From the human T2T-CHM13v2.0 reference genome, Homo sapiens: a stretch of DNA of 64,000 nt. This document shows, piece after piece, positions 45,400 to 60,065 of the stretch; the first letter of the stretch is position 1; each line of letters starts with the position of its first letter. The stretch is from NCBI RefSeq assembly GCF_009914755.1, contig NC_060930.1; one strand, given 5' to 3'. Below the pieces are notes generated by a model. That model did not search any database, had not been told where the DNA came from, and saw only the letters and a program-made list of their open reading frames with translations. The translations under genes and the position numbers were made by a program.

Positions 45400-45860
45400 C
45401 CATGTTTTTTAAGTTCTCTTTTATTTTTTAAATCTATTATGTTCTGGCTGCATTTAGGATAATTTTTTTCAGGTCGAATTTCAGATCTAAGTTCTATTTT
45501 CTCTTTTTACCTATGTCTTATCTGCTGTTCAGCCCATTTAGTAAACTTTGTGTCAATTATTATAATTTATATATAATTCTAGAATTTCAGGTGTGTGTGT
45601 GCTTGTTTAATTTGACTGGATATTTCCAATCGTTTTGTTTTGTTTTTTTAATCTTTTATTTTTTAAACATATTAAGCATCCTTATACTCTATCCTTGATG
45701 ATTTCAATTTCTATGTTCTTTACTGTTTTGAATTCTGCTCACTCTTATTCACCATGGCTTGTTTCCACATATATGTTGTGATTTTTCTGATTGTTAATTT
45801 ATGTTCCTTGAAACACTGAGAAAATTATTTCAGGACTCCTTTGAAAGTACAGGGCTCCTA
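45400..45860 (-). mobile_element. Old L1 (L1M) 5'/ORF1-side fragment
   Basis: T-rich antisense L1M-like motifs: tatgtcttatctgctgttcagcccattt and ttctgctcactcttattcaccatggcttgtttcc. Confidence 0.55.
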
Positions 45861-46044
45861 GAGGATTTGGGCTACTCTCAGCCCAGTACCCAGGACTACA
45901 ACTCATGACTGACTACATTAAACAACATTCTAGACCCAGGACTTTCTGTGCCGCACAGGAAGAGTGAATATTGGCCCCAAACTCAGGTTTCAGTTATAGA
46001 TATAACTCTAACATTATACACATAATGTTGTATATATGTATACC

Positions 46045-46142
46045 ATATACATACATAGAATGTTGACCCTAAAAACTTGTAAGCATAAACCCATCGGTTT
46101 GTACTTACAAGTTTATAGGGGCAAGATTCTATGTATGTATAT
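46045..46142. repeat. Near-perfect inverted repeat, 47-bp arms, 4-nt loop
   Basis: 46045-46091 pairs with 46096-46142; by manual count 42 Watson-Crick pairs, 1 T-G and 4 mismatches. Confidence 0.92.
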
Positions 46143-47278
46143 ATGTATAACACATATGTATATATGGAAACATAGATGTATATATAATTATATTATTAGA
46201 TGCAATTATATCTACATATTATGTATGCTATAATATATACATATTACATTTGTATACATGTAAACGTATGTAATTACACTTAAGAATTCTGCCCTATGAA
46301 ATACGCACTCTAATTTCATCCTGGTAGGAAACTGGCAAGACTGTGTGATACCTCAAAAATCTGTGAGTGACATACAAGTCATTATCTTTCTTCAGGATTT
46401 GGATGAATAAAAATCTGTTCGTAGTCCCTAGCCCTAGGCTGGTGGAGAGTGACTGTTTATTGTTGCCCACTGCCATCCTGGTATCCTTCCGATCAGCCAG
46501 CAGATTGGCAAGAGAAAGCTCCTCTCATGATTCTCGCTCAAACGCTGTACCTGTTGCTGTTGACAGACTCTGTTCCTGAGAGAAGGTATTAACTGCCAGC
46601 TGGCTCTGACAGTTTGGGAACTAAGGCTGACATTTGTGCTGGCAGCATAACAGTATTTACAACTCAGGAAATGTATACAGTTAGATTACGACGGAGCCAG
46701 CGAGTTTTGAGGTTAAAAAAATACAACAATATACATGTGAAGCATGACCATAATAACAAAATTAACTTAAAAATAAATTCAGAGCTTAGGGGTTCTTTCA
46801 GGAAATATCTGCGGTCTATGAAACATATGGCATATATGTGCAAAGAGAGAAAGGATTACAAAGAACAGAGGATGGTAATTCAATTACATCGCCGGCCACC
46901 CATACTATATTTTGTAATAGTCCACTATGTCAGAAAATTACTAAAGAAAGGTAGAAGTAGATAAAGCAGAAAAAAAAATCAATTTTGAATGATGGGGAAT
47001 ATAAATATAAAATATCACTGGAGCAGGAGAGAAGGTGAATCTCATGCTTCTGTAATTTTTCTTTTGGAGGCTCTGCACTGGCTCTCCTTTTCTCACCTCT
47101 CCTTTTCCTTCTATGGATATAACTTTGCAATGAGTTTAAATTGGCACATTTCCGCACGGTCCCCCCAAATGATTAAGTCACTAGGAAAGTGACCCTGAAA
47201 GGCAGGGGCACAGGTTGGAATTTTGGTGAATGTAATTAACCTATTTAAATATCATAACACTTTTGGCAAACATTATTA

Positions 47279-47539
<261 letters not shown>

Positions 47540-47576
47540 TTATGTTATAAAATAATAGTGAAATTAGTGTGTAGTC

Positions 47577-47690
47577 CAATGATTTTCAAAGTGTGGTCTG
47601 CAGACTCTGGGGGTCCCCGTGACCCTTTCAAGGGATGTGCTAGGTCAAAACTATGTTCATCAACATACAAAGACGATATTTGACATTTTG
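47577..47690. mobile_element. hAT-Charlie terminal fragment
   Basis: ttttcaaagtgtggtctgcagactctgggggtccccgtgaccctttc...aggtcaaaactatgttcat. Confidence 0.65.
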
Positions 47691-48171
47691 CTCCCAACCT
47701 GTTCGTTTTCCACTTATAGCCTCCCCCTACGGCTGAGGTTAAATGCACCTTACTAGAAAGGCCATCCCTGACTTTGCTCCACTTCTGTGTCTGCCCTTTC
47801 AGGCTTCCTTTGCTTCATAATAATTATTACTACCATCCCCACCCAACCCCACCATGCAGTGGCCCAGCACAGAGCAAGGGCTGTCTGTCCCTAGTCACCA
47901 CAGCTACACAAAAGCCAACTTGGTCTGCTCTGTTCCCTGAGGCATCCCAGCACCTAGAGGAGGGCCTGGCATCGAGGGGGTGCGCAGCAAGCTTCCCTAG
48001 GCATCAAAGAAATAAAAATTCAATAAAAGCAACACTTCTTTTAAATTAGAGAAGATCATTTAAAATGAAATATCAGTGTCAATTATTGCATTCCTCTTGG
48101 AAAGCAAACCAGTAAAAAGCATCACAAGCATTCAACTGGTTCATAACTTTTTGACTAAATTTTAAGAAATC

Positions 48172-48488
48172 GGGCTGTGCACGGTGGCTCATTCCTATAA
48201 TCCCAGCACTTTGGGAGGTTGAAGGGGGCGGATCACCTGAGGTCAGGAGTTCAAGACCAGTCTGACTAACATGGCGAAACCCTGTCTGTACTAAAAATAC
48301 AAAAATTAGCTGGGTGTGGTGGCACGCGCTTGTAATCACAACTACTCAGGAGGCCAAGGTAGGAGAATCGCTTGAATGCAGGAGGCAGAGGTGGCAGTGA
48401 GCCGAGATTGTGCCACTGCACTCCAGTCTGGGTGACATAGCAAGACTCCATCTCAAAAAACAAACAAATAAAGAAACAAAAAATCAAA
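48172..48488 (+). mobile_element. Alu (AluSx-like)
   Basis: Full dimeric Alu with a CAAA-type tail. Confidence 0.96.
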
Positions 48489-49218
48489 AGCAAAAGGCAG
48501 ATAGGGGAGAGGGCACAGGGGATCAGGAGCAGCAAATTTCCAGATCCTCAAATCTTCTAAACAGAAAGTTCAGACCATCTACTTGGAAACAAAAATCAAA
48601 ATAGAATGTTTAACTTGCAGCAATACCTTCAATTTCAACCTAAAATTCTGTGCCTGACCTAATTATCAATTAAATGGGAGAATGGGAAAAAGTGGCTTGG
48701 GGAGATGCAAGTTGGAAAGTTGGCTTGTATGTCTGTGAGGGCTCAGGGTTCAGGAAATGATCAGATGCCTGAGGAAAGCCCCAGGTGGCAGCCTGGACCT
48801 CCTCACCGTGGGTGGAGCAGTGAGGTGGCCACGGGAGGGGCGGAGTAAGAGGTGGGTTGTCTCCCCAGCTGTGACACAGAAAGGAGGAGGAGGGAGGGTG
48901 GCATCAAGGGCTGGAGGAGATTGACAGAGCTTCCAGGAGACGTGGTATGAGGCCACTGCCCAGTGCAAGGCAGAAGGTTAGGACTCAGGGGCAGAGGCTG
49001 TGGTGATTTTACTACCGACGACGTTTGGACCCAGCTAGTGTTTAAGTTGTAGGAGCTAAATCGGTCATCACAAGGCCCATCTCTGCTTCAGGAACCAGTG
49101 TAGAGCCGCCCTGGCACTTTGTAGCAGATGCTGAGGAAAATGCCGTGGGAGGTGGGCAGGGGTTCACAGCCACCCCTGCCAGTCTGCAGGAGTGCTCCCT
49201 CCCTCCCTCCTTTACCAT

Positions 49219-49672
49219 TACATGTGTGCACACACACATGCATGCCACACACTCACATATACATGCACATACCACACACACTCAGGCATGCACGCACACA
49301 GCATGCCACACACCACACATGCATAAACACACCACATACATACACGTGCACACACATCCCACACACCTCACACACCCCACACACATATACCCACATGCAT
49401 GCACGCACACCAAGACACACCACACACGCACGCACACCAAAACACACCACACATGCATAAACACACCACATATGTACATGTGCACATGTATCCCTCACAC
49501 CCCACACGCCTAACACACCCCACACACATACATCCAAACACATACATGCACACCAAGACACACCACACATGCATAAACACACCACGCACACACGCACACA
49601 CACACAATACCACACAGCACACAGGCATACACATACTACATACACTCACACACTCATGCATGCACACACGCA
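49219..49672. repeat. Cryptic (CA)-rich repeat with higher-order duplications
   Basis: cacaccacacatgcataaacacaccac recurs three times; this tract is the source of the His/Thr and Cys/Val ORFs. Confidence 0.95.
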
Positions 49673-49699
49673 CTATTCTAGAGAAAAGTCGGGGACGCA

Positions 49700-50368
49700 G
49701 AGCAGTTCTCCAGGCCTGAGCCGTACCTGAAAGAGACTGAGCCTTTTGACGGAGGCTCTTTACCCCAGACTTCAAAAGGAGCTGCATCTGGGATCCACCG
49801 ATCATTAATCCAAAGGCCACCGCTTAATATGGAGGTAAATTTGCAGAAGAGTTCTAGCAGGACTGAAGCTGCGATGGTTTGAAAAGCCTGCTTTCAAGCT
49901 TGGCCCTTGGCTGGCATCTGGGAATGTGAATTTTGGAAGCGTCCACATCATTCCCTTACTGCTACGGGTGGTGTGCAGAGCCTGAACTGTCTGCACAAAC
50001 CATGGCTATGCACAACATCTTCTCACCCTCGGCAAGGCTGGAATTTTGATAAGCCCCAGGCAGAGGTGTCTGCATGACCAGTTCCCACTAAAATCGCTGG
50101 GCACTGACTCTCCATTGAGCTTCCTGGCAGACAACACTTCACACGCGTTGTCACAACTGAGTGCCTCTCGAGTGACCACTGGGGGAGGACTCAGAGCCTT
50201 GCCTGCGGTTTCCTCTAAACTCCTCCCCCTGGGCCTTTTCCCCTCGCTTCATATCCTTTTGTTGTAGTGAATCTTAGCTATGTGTGTGACAGGACAGCAA
50301 GTCCTGCAGGCTCTCCTGGTGAATCACTGAATCTGGAGGGGGGAGGTGGTCTTGGGGGCCCAGGACAT
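49700..50368 (+). mobile_element. MER21-type ERVL LTR
   Basis: ttggcccttggctggcatctgggaa, gagcttcctggcagacaacacttcacacgcgttgtcacaact and ggtgaatcactgaatctggaggg...gtggtcttggggg. Confidence 0.8.
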
Positions 50369-51947
50369 GACGACATAGGATTGGTGATCAAGGCAATGTT
50401 CTCCCAGGCACATAGGAGGGTCGGGGCTCATCATTAATATCACACCAGTCACAAAGAACAAGCCGTTTCATTTTCTTTGCACATCCCACTGTGTTCACGA
50501 TAATGGAAGCACTTATGTGATTTTCAACTTTAGAGTAACACTGTTAAAACTGAACAGAGGATGTTAATTATGATTATGTAACCAAATATATATGTTATTC
50601 AGCTTGGACAATATAAAAGCAAAAACAGAAATGTGAGGACTTGGAAGGCAGAAGTGAGGCTGGAGAGAAAACAGAAAAGTGCTGATGAATTCCCTGACCT
50701 GCCAAGCTGTTTTTATTAGAAGGTTGTCTGCACCTTTGATTTTTAAACATGAGCATATATTCACTCGATAAAAGTTACAAATGTATAGAAATAAAAGAGA
50801 GGAAAAGAAATGATACCTACGACCTTGATCACGTTCATCAGCCTCATTTCTCTGGCTTAAAGTGAGAAATTCAGTGGAGATAAATGTGGCTAGAATGCAG
50901 TCTGCTACAATGAATACACTTTTTAACGTGAGGACCTTTCTTACTCCTATACAAAAACTTTGAACTATAGTTGCTTTAGCCATGCAACTTCTGGAACACT
51001 GTGTACGACGATTAGGCAATTTAGGTTTTATATTTTCTAAAATATGACAGGAGCAAAGTTAAACGTGCTTTGTAATGGCATAGATTCACTGGGACATTTG
51101 TTTCTATTTTCTGGATAGTCATAACATTCATACTAATAGTGTGAGTAGTGTGGATAAATTAGCATGTCTATTTTATTATATTGAATTCCCATATTCAACA
51201 GAGGATTTTAATTATGATTATTAAATATATATGTAATGTACAAATTACATGGCAAATTGCAAATCCTTTGAGGGGAACCCAGAGGGCACATCTTGCCCCT
51301 TTGTTTGTTTTAATGTCTGTTTCTCTGTAGGTTGTGATTTGTTCTACCTTTACGGACACTACAAATCAGATTTCTCTCTTTTTTAGACAATTAGGAAAAC
51401 TTTAGAGTCAAATTTGTGGACCAGCTCTTGCAATTTTACATAAATCATAATACACACTTCGTTTACCAAAATTACCCTTGGCTTCATATTACTTTCCTTT
51501 GATCCCTTTCCTCATCTAATTTAATTTTTCCTGGTTTTCATCTGCATGTATCCCTGCAAGGTTGTCACATCATTCTGAAACGAGTCAGGGGATAATTAGG
51601 TAATTGTCGGGCCTTGTGATGTAACCTGACTGACAGCTCTAACAGGAGCCGTGCTCCCTGGGATGGTAGGTCATCTCGCCTCCAGGGACAAGGTGATCTC
51701 TGGCCAGATGCCTGTGCCAAGCTCTGGCTCTCATACTGTGGCTGGTGGCAATTCCCAGTGAACCACACTGTGCTTGAGGCACCGAAAAGTCCCTGCGTTT
51801 AAAAGAAATCCATTTCGCTGTGGTTAACCATTAACTAAATGGGACAACATTGCTTCTCTTCTCTGGAAGTTTTTTCTGACTGACTCATGACACATGCAAT
51901 GGTCAATAACACACCTACGTGGCAACAGCCAAGAAGGAGCACTAATA

Positions 51948-52269
<322 letters not shown>

Positions 52270-53088
52270 TTAAATGCAGGAATTAGGGCCCAGTTATATT
52301 TTGCTTCACAGAGTAAGACTTCTTACCTCAAAGTCTAGAATTCAGTGAGACTTTTCTGTGCATATCACAGATGTTTATTTTTTCATATTTAAATTTTTAC
52401 TGCCCTAATAGCAACTAAAATATTTATGGAACAATTCCCGTAATTGCCACATCAGGTACTATGTTATCTGACAAATTCGTGTTCTACAGAGACATTATAG
52501 AAAACTCATTCACACATTCTTCTTGATTTCAAACCATAACACAATGGTGTAAGTAGTAAAACTGAATGGAATTCTTTTGAATCTGGGACTTTAACACAGT
52601 AAAATAGATATGTTAGTTTATGCAGCTGCTCACACTAATAGTGTGAATGCTATGGCTATCCTGAAAGCAGAAACAACTGTCCAAGTGAATTTATACCCTT
52701 ACAAAGCAGATTTAACTGTGCTCCTGTCAAATTTTGGAAAACATAAAACTTTAATTGCCTAATCATTGAACACAGTGTTTTAAGAGTTGCATGGCCAAAA
52801 CAATTATAGTTAATAGTTTTTAAATAGTAGCAAGAAAGGTCTTCAGATTAAAAAGGACTGCAAAAATGCATGGCAGTAGAAGGGAGCTATGGATGATAAT
52901 ACGTCAATTAGAGAAGCAAAACCACTATTTCATCCCTCAAATCTACCGAATTAGAGAAAGATATCTGAATAAAATGTCACATAGTCTAATAGGAAAAATT
53001 TGGCTGGTTTTTAGAGAACGTTCTCTTTTTTTTTGCCTAGTAATGACGATAACCAAGAAAAATATATAAATTATTTTAGCAACACTAG

Positions 53089-53382
53089 CAGGGTGAGGAA
53101 ACCATGGGCTGCTGGCCAAATCCCACCTTATACAGACTCTGTGCTAAGAAATGTTTTCATGTTTGTTAATAGTTGAAAAGCACAAAAAGAAGAATGTTTC
53201 GTGACACATGAAAACTATGAGAAATTTAAAATTCATTGTCCATAAAGTTTTATTGGCATATAGCCACATAAAGCATGGTTGCTTGTATGCTACAATGAGC
53301 TGTTGCAACACAGACCTCATGAACCACACAGCCTATCACGTTTACTGTCGGGCCCTTTATAGAAAAAACTTGCCAACCCCTG
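53089..53382. mobile_element. MER58B-like hAT MITE
   Basis: cagggtgaggaaac...ggccaaatcc...cataaagttttattggcatatagccac...aaacttgccaacccctg (terminal inverted repeats). Confidence 0.85.
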
Positions 53383-54349
53383 ATCTACAGCAAATTAAAT
53401 TTTCCAAACTCATACTGAAAAGTACTCTTTTATTTTTAATATTGTGGCAGCACTTTGGCTAACATATAATCGCATATGTTTGTATGAGTAGGTATGTCCT
53501 GGGTCTCAAGTGAGAAATTACAATGAAAACCTTAGTGCTGTTGACCTGAGAATTCCGAGAAGACGGTGATAGAGAAGCAGCAATTGAATCCTGGGATTCA
53601 TCAAATTGTTTGCATCAGTAAGTGGAAAATGACAACTAGAGATGGCATTTGAGGACTGGTCCTGACTAATGTTACTGTCTATAGAAAAGCGTGAAGCAAA
53701 TATTACCTAAACACGTCTATATGATGCATGTAAATCAGAAATACAGAAAAATGACCCCACAGAGGGAAAGCATTGATAAAATCTGTAACATGTGGGTTTT
53801 AAAATTTATTTTCAAAAGTTCTAGAACTCATAATCTGAAAGCCATTTTGGCTATGTCTTTCAATGCCCAGAAAAGTGGAAAATTGAAGTATGTAACTGAC
53901 TATTTCATATCCAAATATTATTCAGACACAGCCCAGACTGACAAAACAAAATAACTATTTTTCTTGAGTTATCTAAATAAATGCTATAATCTGCTCATCA
54001 TATGTGAGTATATGCATTGATGCTTAAAATAAATTGCTAATTCTATTTTCCAAAATGTTAATAGAAAACCATGGCATTTACAGTTTTTGAAAAATGTTAT
54101 TTAATAGTAATTTTACTTAAACTATACTTACCCTATTATCTCATCTTGTCATCGAATATGAAGGATTTCAAATATTCTCTTGAATAATCCACAAACATTT
54201 AAGCCACATAATTAAGTGTCAGGGACTAAAATAATTTTGTAAATCATACTAAGGACATAATACAACAACAGCAAAACTATCTTGAAAAAGCTGTACCCAG
54301 AAGCTTGAGTCCTCCCTTGATGTTTTTCTATCTGTGTCTGCAACAAAAT

Positions 54350-54620
54350 GATACAAAGAAGGAGCTTTGAAGTTCACAAACCTGTTGTATTTCATTTCTA
54401 CCAATGACTAGCTATATGTTCCCGAGCTAGTTGCATGGACCCATTCCAAACTTAGTACTCTTCATCTGAAAAGTAAGGAATTAAATACCTACTTCACAGA
54501 GTGTGCATGAAGATTAAATGAAACAACACAAATACAAACAACACTGTGCAAAGGCAACACAACAAACGCCTTTACACAGTTGCTGGCACATAGAGAGTTA
54601 AAAAAATGGCAACTGTTACA
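54350..54620 (+). mobile_element. MIR SINE
   Basis: gagctttgaagttcacaaacctg...tcttcatctgaaaagt...acctacttcacagagtgtgcatgaagattaaatgaa. Confidence 0.7.
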
Positions 54621-55698
54621 AGTATTATTTCTTATTTCTCAAAATAGAACTGCCTGAAGAGGGTTATTTTTGGTTTAGTAAAAACTGAGCAGTAAGAAGC
54701 CCTTTCCAAGGGACCTGGACCCACGGCCCAGTGGGTTTCTGAATTTATCCTTTTTCTCAATTTCCCTATTATCCAGCCCTCCCCAGGATCATGTCACTTT
54801 CTACAGCATGCTGTTTATAACTCTTCTAAAGCATGTATCGCCCTCTGTCATATAGTAGACACTGACACTGTTCTGAGCATCCATCTTCCTTCATTTGATT
54901 TAAAGATCCTACACTGTCACAAAGCCAAGCACAGTGCCGTGGTTAGAGCAGCAGCATAATAAATGCAATCATTAAATAGTAACCAGGAAAAAGAACGAAA
55001 AAAATTCGTTAAACCAAAATATTCATCCACTTACCAAGTATTTATTGTTGCTCTTAAACCCTGAGACTGCAGTTATAAAAAAGGGAGAATAATCGCTTTT
55101 CTTGTAGACTTTCTATAGTAGCTACAAAAAAATGGTATTACAAATGAACCAATCACATCCATTAAAATGAGTAAGATTTTTGAAAATGCCCATGTAAAAG
55201 ACAGGCAAGTTGGAAGACAACTGGAATATACACACTGTTGGTGCAAATGGAAAATAGTATAGTCACTGCTGAAATCTACTAGGCATTCTTTTTTTAAAGT
55301 AAACATAAAAGTAACATATGACTCAGTTATTCTACTCTTAGGTAGTCATGTGAGATAAATGAAAATATATCCACACAGAATGTTGCAGGCAAGTGCTCCT
55401 AACAATTTTATTCATAGCAAATGTAAACTGGAGGGCACCCACATATCTATGAAATATTTCATCTGACTGGATAGACAAGATGTAGTATGACTATTCAGTG
55501 GATGACCACTCAAGAATAAGCAGTGTCCTGTTACCTATAAATGCAACAACATTAACAATTCTCAAAATCAGCCTGAGTGAAAGAAGCCAAACATGGAATA
55601 TGTGGCATGATTCCATGTATATGAAATGCAGAGGTCGCTTGGGGCTGGGAGCACAGAGTGGGAACAAGCCACATAAACACATAAGGGTTATTTTGGGG

Positions 55699-56058
55699 GT
55701 TATGGGCTGAACTGCATCCCCTCAAAATTTATGTTTAAGTACTAACCCCCAGTTCCTCAGAATGTGAATGCATTTGGAGATAGGTCTTGACAGAGGTAAT
55801 TAAGTTAAAATGAGGTCATTAGGGTGAGTCCCAATCCAATATGACTGATGTCCTTAAAAGCAGACGAAAGGCCATGTGAAAATATGGGGAGAAGGTGGCC
55901 ATCTGCAAGCCAAGGACAGGGGCCTTGGAAAACACCAAGCCTGCTGACACACGTTGATCTCGACTTCTAGCTGCCAGAAATGTGAGAAAATACATTTCTA
56001 TTGTTTACGCTTTCCAGTCTGGGGTATTTTGTCATGGCAGTCCTAGCAGACAAATATA
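55699..56058 (+). mobile_element. MLT1B/C-like MaLR LTR
   Basis: gttatgggctgaactgcatcccctcaaaatt...ttaagttaaaatgaggtcattagggtg...ttgtcatggcagtcctagcagacaaata. Confidence 0.88.
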
Positions 56059-56793
56059 GAGGGTATGGAAATGTTCTTTATCATGACTGTGCTGGTGGCT
56101 TTACGTTGTTATGTACTTGTCAGAACTCCTTAAATTGTACCCTTCAAATAGAGAAAGTCTATTTACACAAATTATTCTCAATAAAGTGGGTAAGGAAAAA
56201 AATGAACTGAGCAATTGACAAGGAAACTCAATAAGAGACAGAGGCTCTCTGTAGCAAATGTTGCTTGAAAAACTGAATATAAATATCTCACTCAATACAG
56301 AAAGCAAATGGGAACTTCTTTATAACCTTGGAACAGGTAGAACTTCCTTCTTGTAAGGACACAGAAGGCTCTAATCCCACATAAAGGAATGTATAAATTG
56401 AATTTCAATGAACATTAGAGCTCATCAAAAACACTAAAATATGACTATGCAAGCCACAGACTTGGGAAAATATTAGTAATACATATAATTGTAAAATAAG
56501 TAATCTCAGAGCTTATAAAGAGCTAATATAAAGGACACATTAATAATACAGACATAAACACACCAGTTAAATATAAGCAAAAACCTTGAACAGGCTATTC
56601 ACAAAACAAGACGTATAAGTGGCCAATAATTATATAAAACGATGGTCAACATCATTAATAACAGGGAAAATACAAGTTAAAATCACAAGATACAATTTCA
56701 CTTGATTTCACATTTTAGCCACTATGATAATACTAAATGTCGGTGAGGATAAAGATTAACAAACGCTCTCATATATCATTGGTGGAAATATAA

Positions 56794-57141
<348 letters not shown>

Positions 57142-58304
57142 TAAACATATAGTTAAACTATGACTCAGCACTTTCACTCCAAGGTGTTGGTCCAAGAAAA
57201 ATGAAAATACACACACACACAGAGCAACATAGACTCGTACAAGCATCTAACATCACAGCCTTACTCATGTTAACCCAAACCTGGAAACAAGCAAATGTCC
57301 TTTGACAGTGACTAGAATAAACCATGGGGTCTCACATAGTGGCAGACTCAGAAATGAAAAGAGAGCTACTGAGTCACACAACCACATGGATGAGTCTCGA
57401 AACAAAACACCATATTTACCAAAAGGAGCTGGCCATAGAAAAGTATGTATTATATGATTCCATTTATATGAAATCCAGCAAAAAGAAAGATTAATCTATG
57501 GTGATAAAAATCAGAAGAGGTTATCTTTGGAATGGGGAGGTACTGACTAGAAAAAGAGATAAGGGAACTTTCTGGAAATGTTCTACATTTTGGTTGGGGT
57601 AGTAGTTACATGAGTGTATGTAACTGTCGAAGCTTTTAGAATTGACACAGTGCATTTTGTAGAGTGTAAATTGTTCTATAATTTAAAATAATAGACTGAA
57701 TCTCCTATCCCATCCTTCAGTGATTTCCTCTTAGCTTTTGGAAACAATAGTCTGTGATTTCTGTTATAAGATAATCCAAGTCACTGCCAATCAACACAAA
57801 AGACTAACCAGTCCTAGGGCTTTGAACTGGTTACTAACCTTCATCATCAGGCTACAAAACTCTTAAAGTCAAGGACTGTGTCCTACATATATCTATGTGC
57901 TTTGCTGTGAATAGATAAATGTTTTACCTAAACATAGTGAATACACAAGAATAATTAAGTCAGACTTTAATTTTCTCATCTGTAAAATAATGAAAACTGA
58001 AAAATCTGTGTTTTCAAAGTTACATTTTCTTTTAAGCAGGGTACTTTCATTACATGAAATTGTCTATAGTAACCAAATACATAAAACAAATAAAGCTGAC
58101 CCAATGTGGTTGAAGAAGAAGGACGAGTCCCCAGAATTCTCATTAATGGCCTCTTTTCTCTTTGTCCCATGTGATGCCCTTAAGGGCCCTCCCCACAGAA
58201 AACAATTTGAAATCCTAAAAGTCTCTTACAATAATACACCATGGGTATGCTCAGAGAAAAGTCCACAGTGGTAAAGAATCTGGCAGAAGATGGTTGAATC
58301 AAAT

Positions 58305-59589
58305 TGTATTAGGGTTCTTCAGAGGGGCAGAACTAATAGGATCTATGTGTATATGAAAGGGAGTTTATTAGGGAGAATTGGCTCACATGATCACAAGATG
58401 AAGTCCAAGGATAGGCCGTGTGCAGGCTGAGGAAGAAAGAAGCCAGTAGTGGCACAGTCCGAGTCCAAAAGCCTCAAAAGTAGGGAAGCCAACAGTGCAG
58501 GCTTCAGTCTGTGGCTGAAGACCTGAGAGCCCCTGGCAAACCACTGGTGTAAATCTAAGAGTCCAAAGGCTGAAGAACCTGGAGTCTGATGTCCAAGGGC
58601 AGGAGGAATGAAAACATCCAGCATGAAAGAAAGATGGAAGCCAGAAGACTCAGCAAGCCAGTTTATCCCAATTTCTTTGGTTTGCTTTGTTCTAGCCATG
58701 GGGGCAGCAGATTGGATGGTGCCTACCCACATTGAGGATGGGTCTTCTTCACCCAGTCCACTGACTCGAATTTCAATATCCTCTGGCAACACCCTCACAG
58801 ACATGCCTTGAAACAATTCTTTTCTTTTTCTTTTTTTTTTTTGGTCAATTTTTAAAAAAATTATATGTTAAGTTCTAGGGTACACGTGCACAACGTGCAG
58901 GTTTGTTACATATGCATACAGGTGACATGTTGGTTTGCTTCCCCCATCAACTCGTCATTTACATCAGGTATTTCTCCTAATGCCATCCCTCCCCCAGCCC
59001 TCCACCCCATGGCAGGCCCCAGTATGTGATGTTCCCTGCCCTGTGTCCAAGTCATCTCATTGTTCAATTCCCACCTATGAGTGAGAACACGCGGTGTTTG
59101 ATTTTCTGTCCTTGTGATATTTTGCTGAGAATGATGGTTTCCAGCTTCGTCCATGTCTCTGCAAAGGACATGAACACATCCTTTTTTATGACTGCATAGA
59201 ATTCCATGGTGTATATGTGCCACATTTTCTTATTCCAGTCTATCATTGATGGACATTTGGGTTGGTTCCAAGTCTTTGCTATTGTGAATAGTGCTGTAAT
59301 AAACATACGTGTGCATGTGTCTTGATAGTAGCATGATTTATAATCCTTTGGGTATATACCCAGTAATGGGATTGCTGGGTCAAATGGTGTTTCTAGTTCT
59401 AGATCCTTGAGGAATCGCCACACTGTCTTCCACAATGGTTGAACTAATTTACACTCCCACTAACACTGTAAAAGTGTTCCTATTTCTCCACATCCTCTCC
59501 AGCATCTGTTGTGCCTGGAAACAATTCTTTACCAGCTATCTAGGCATCCTTCAATCGAATCAAGTCAACACCTAATACTAACCATCACA
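58305..59589 (-). mobile_element. MLT2 (ERVL) solo LTR split by an L1PA insertion
   Basis: tgtattagggttc...ggcaacaccctcacagacat | L1 | ...caatcgaatcaagtcaacacctaatactaaccatcaca; perfect TSD caaat. Confidence 0.92.
58823..59511 (-). mobile_element. 5'-truncated primate L1PA 3' end (about 690 bp)
   Basis: ORF2 C-terminus in ORF 59064..59435 (WKTVWRFLKDLELETPFDPAIPLLGIYP...); poly-T; 19-bp TSD tgccttgaaacaattcttt/tgcctggaaacaattcttt. Confidence 0.96.
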
Positions 59590-59696
59590 CAAATCCTTAA
59601 AAGGCCATCCTTTATTTTCTCTCTCTCTCTTTTAAGGAAACACATATTAGCTGTGGCTAACATATATGTTCATTAGAACACATATATTATGCTCTT

Positions 59697-60065
59697 TGCT
59701 ATGGTCTAGATATGTCCCCTAAAATTCATATGTTGGAAACTGAGTTCCTAATGCAACAGTGTTAGGAGGGGGGCCTAATGGAAAGCGTTTAAGTCACAAG
59801 GGCTCCACCTGCATGAATGGATCAATACCCCTAAGAAAGGAGCTTGCAGGAGTGGGTTCTCTTTCTACTGCTCTTCGACCATGTGAGGACACACTGTTCC
59901 TCCCTACTGGAGCACATAGAATTCAAGGTGCTATCTTAGAAGCAAAGAGACCAGGCCTTGACCTGCTGGGGCCTTGATCCAGAATTGTGAGAAATAGATT
60001 TCTGTTCTTTTTAAGTTACTCAGACCCAGGAATTCTAATATAGCAGCACAAAAAGAACTAAGACA
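59697..60065 (+). mobile_element. MST (MaLR) solo LTR
   Basis: tgctatggtctagatatgtcccc...tatagcagcacaaaaagaactaagaca. Confidence 0.88.

Noticed and set aside
49128-49820. His/Thr-rich and Cys/Val-rich ORFs
   Set aside because: Artefacts of the (CA)/(TG) repeat.
50564-51019. 151-aa minus-strand ORF and a possible 39-nt exon at 50817-50855
   Set aside because: No recognisable homology and the donor gtatca is weak; not supportable without expression data.
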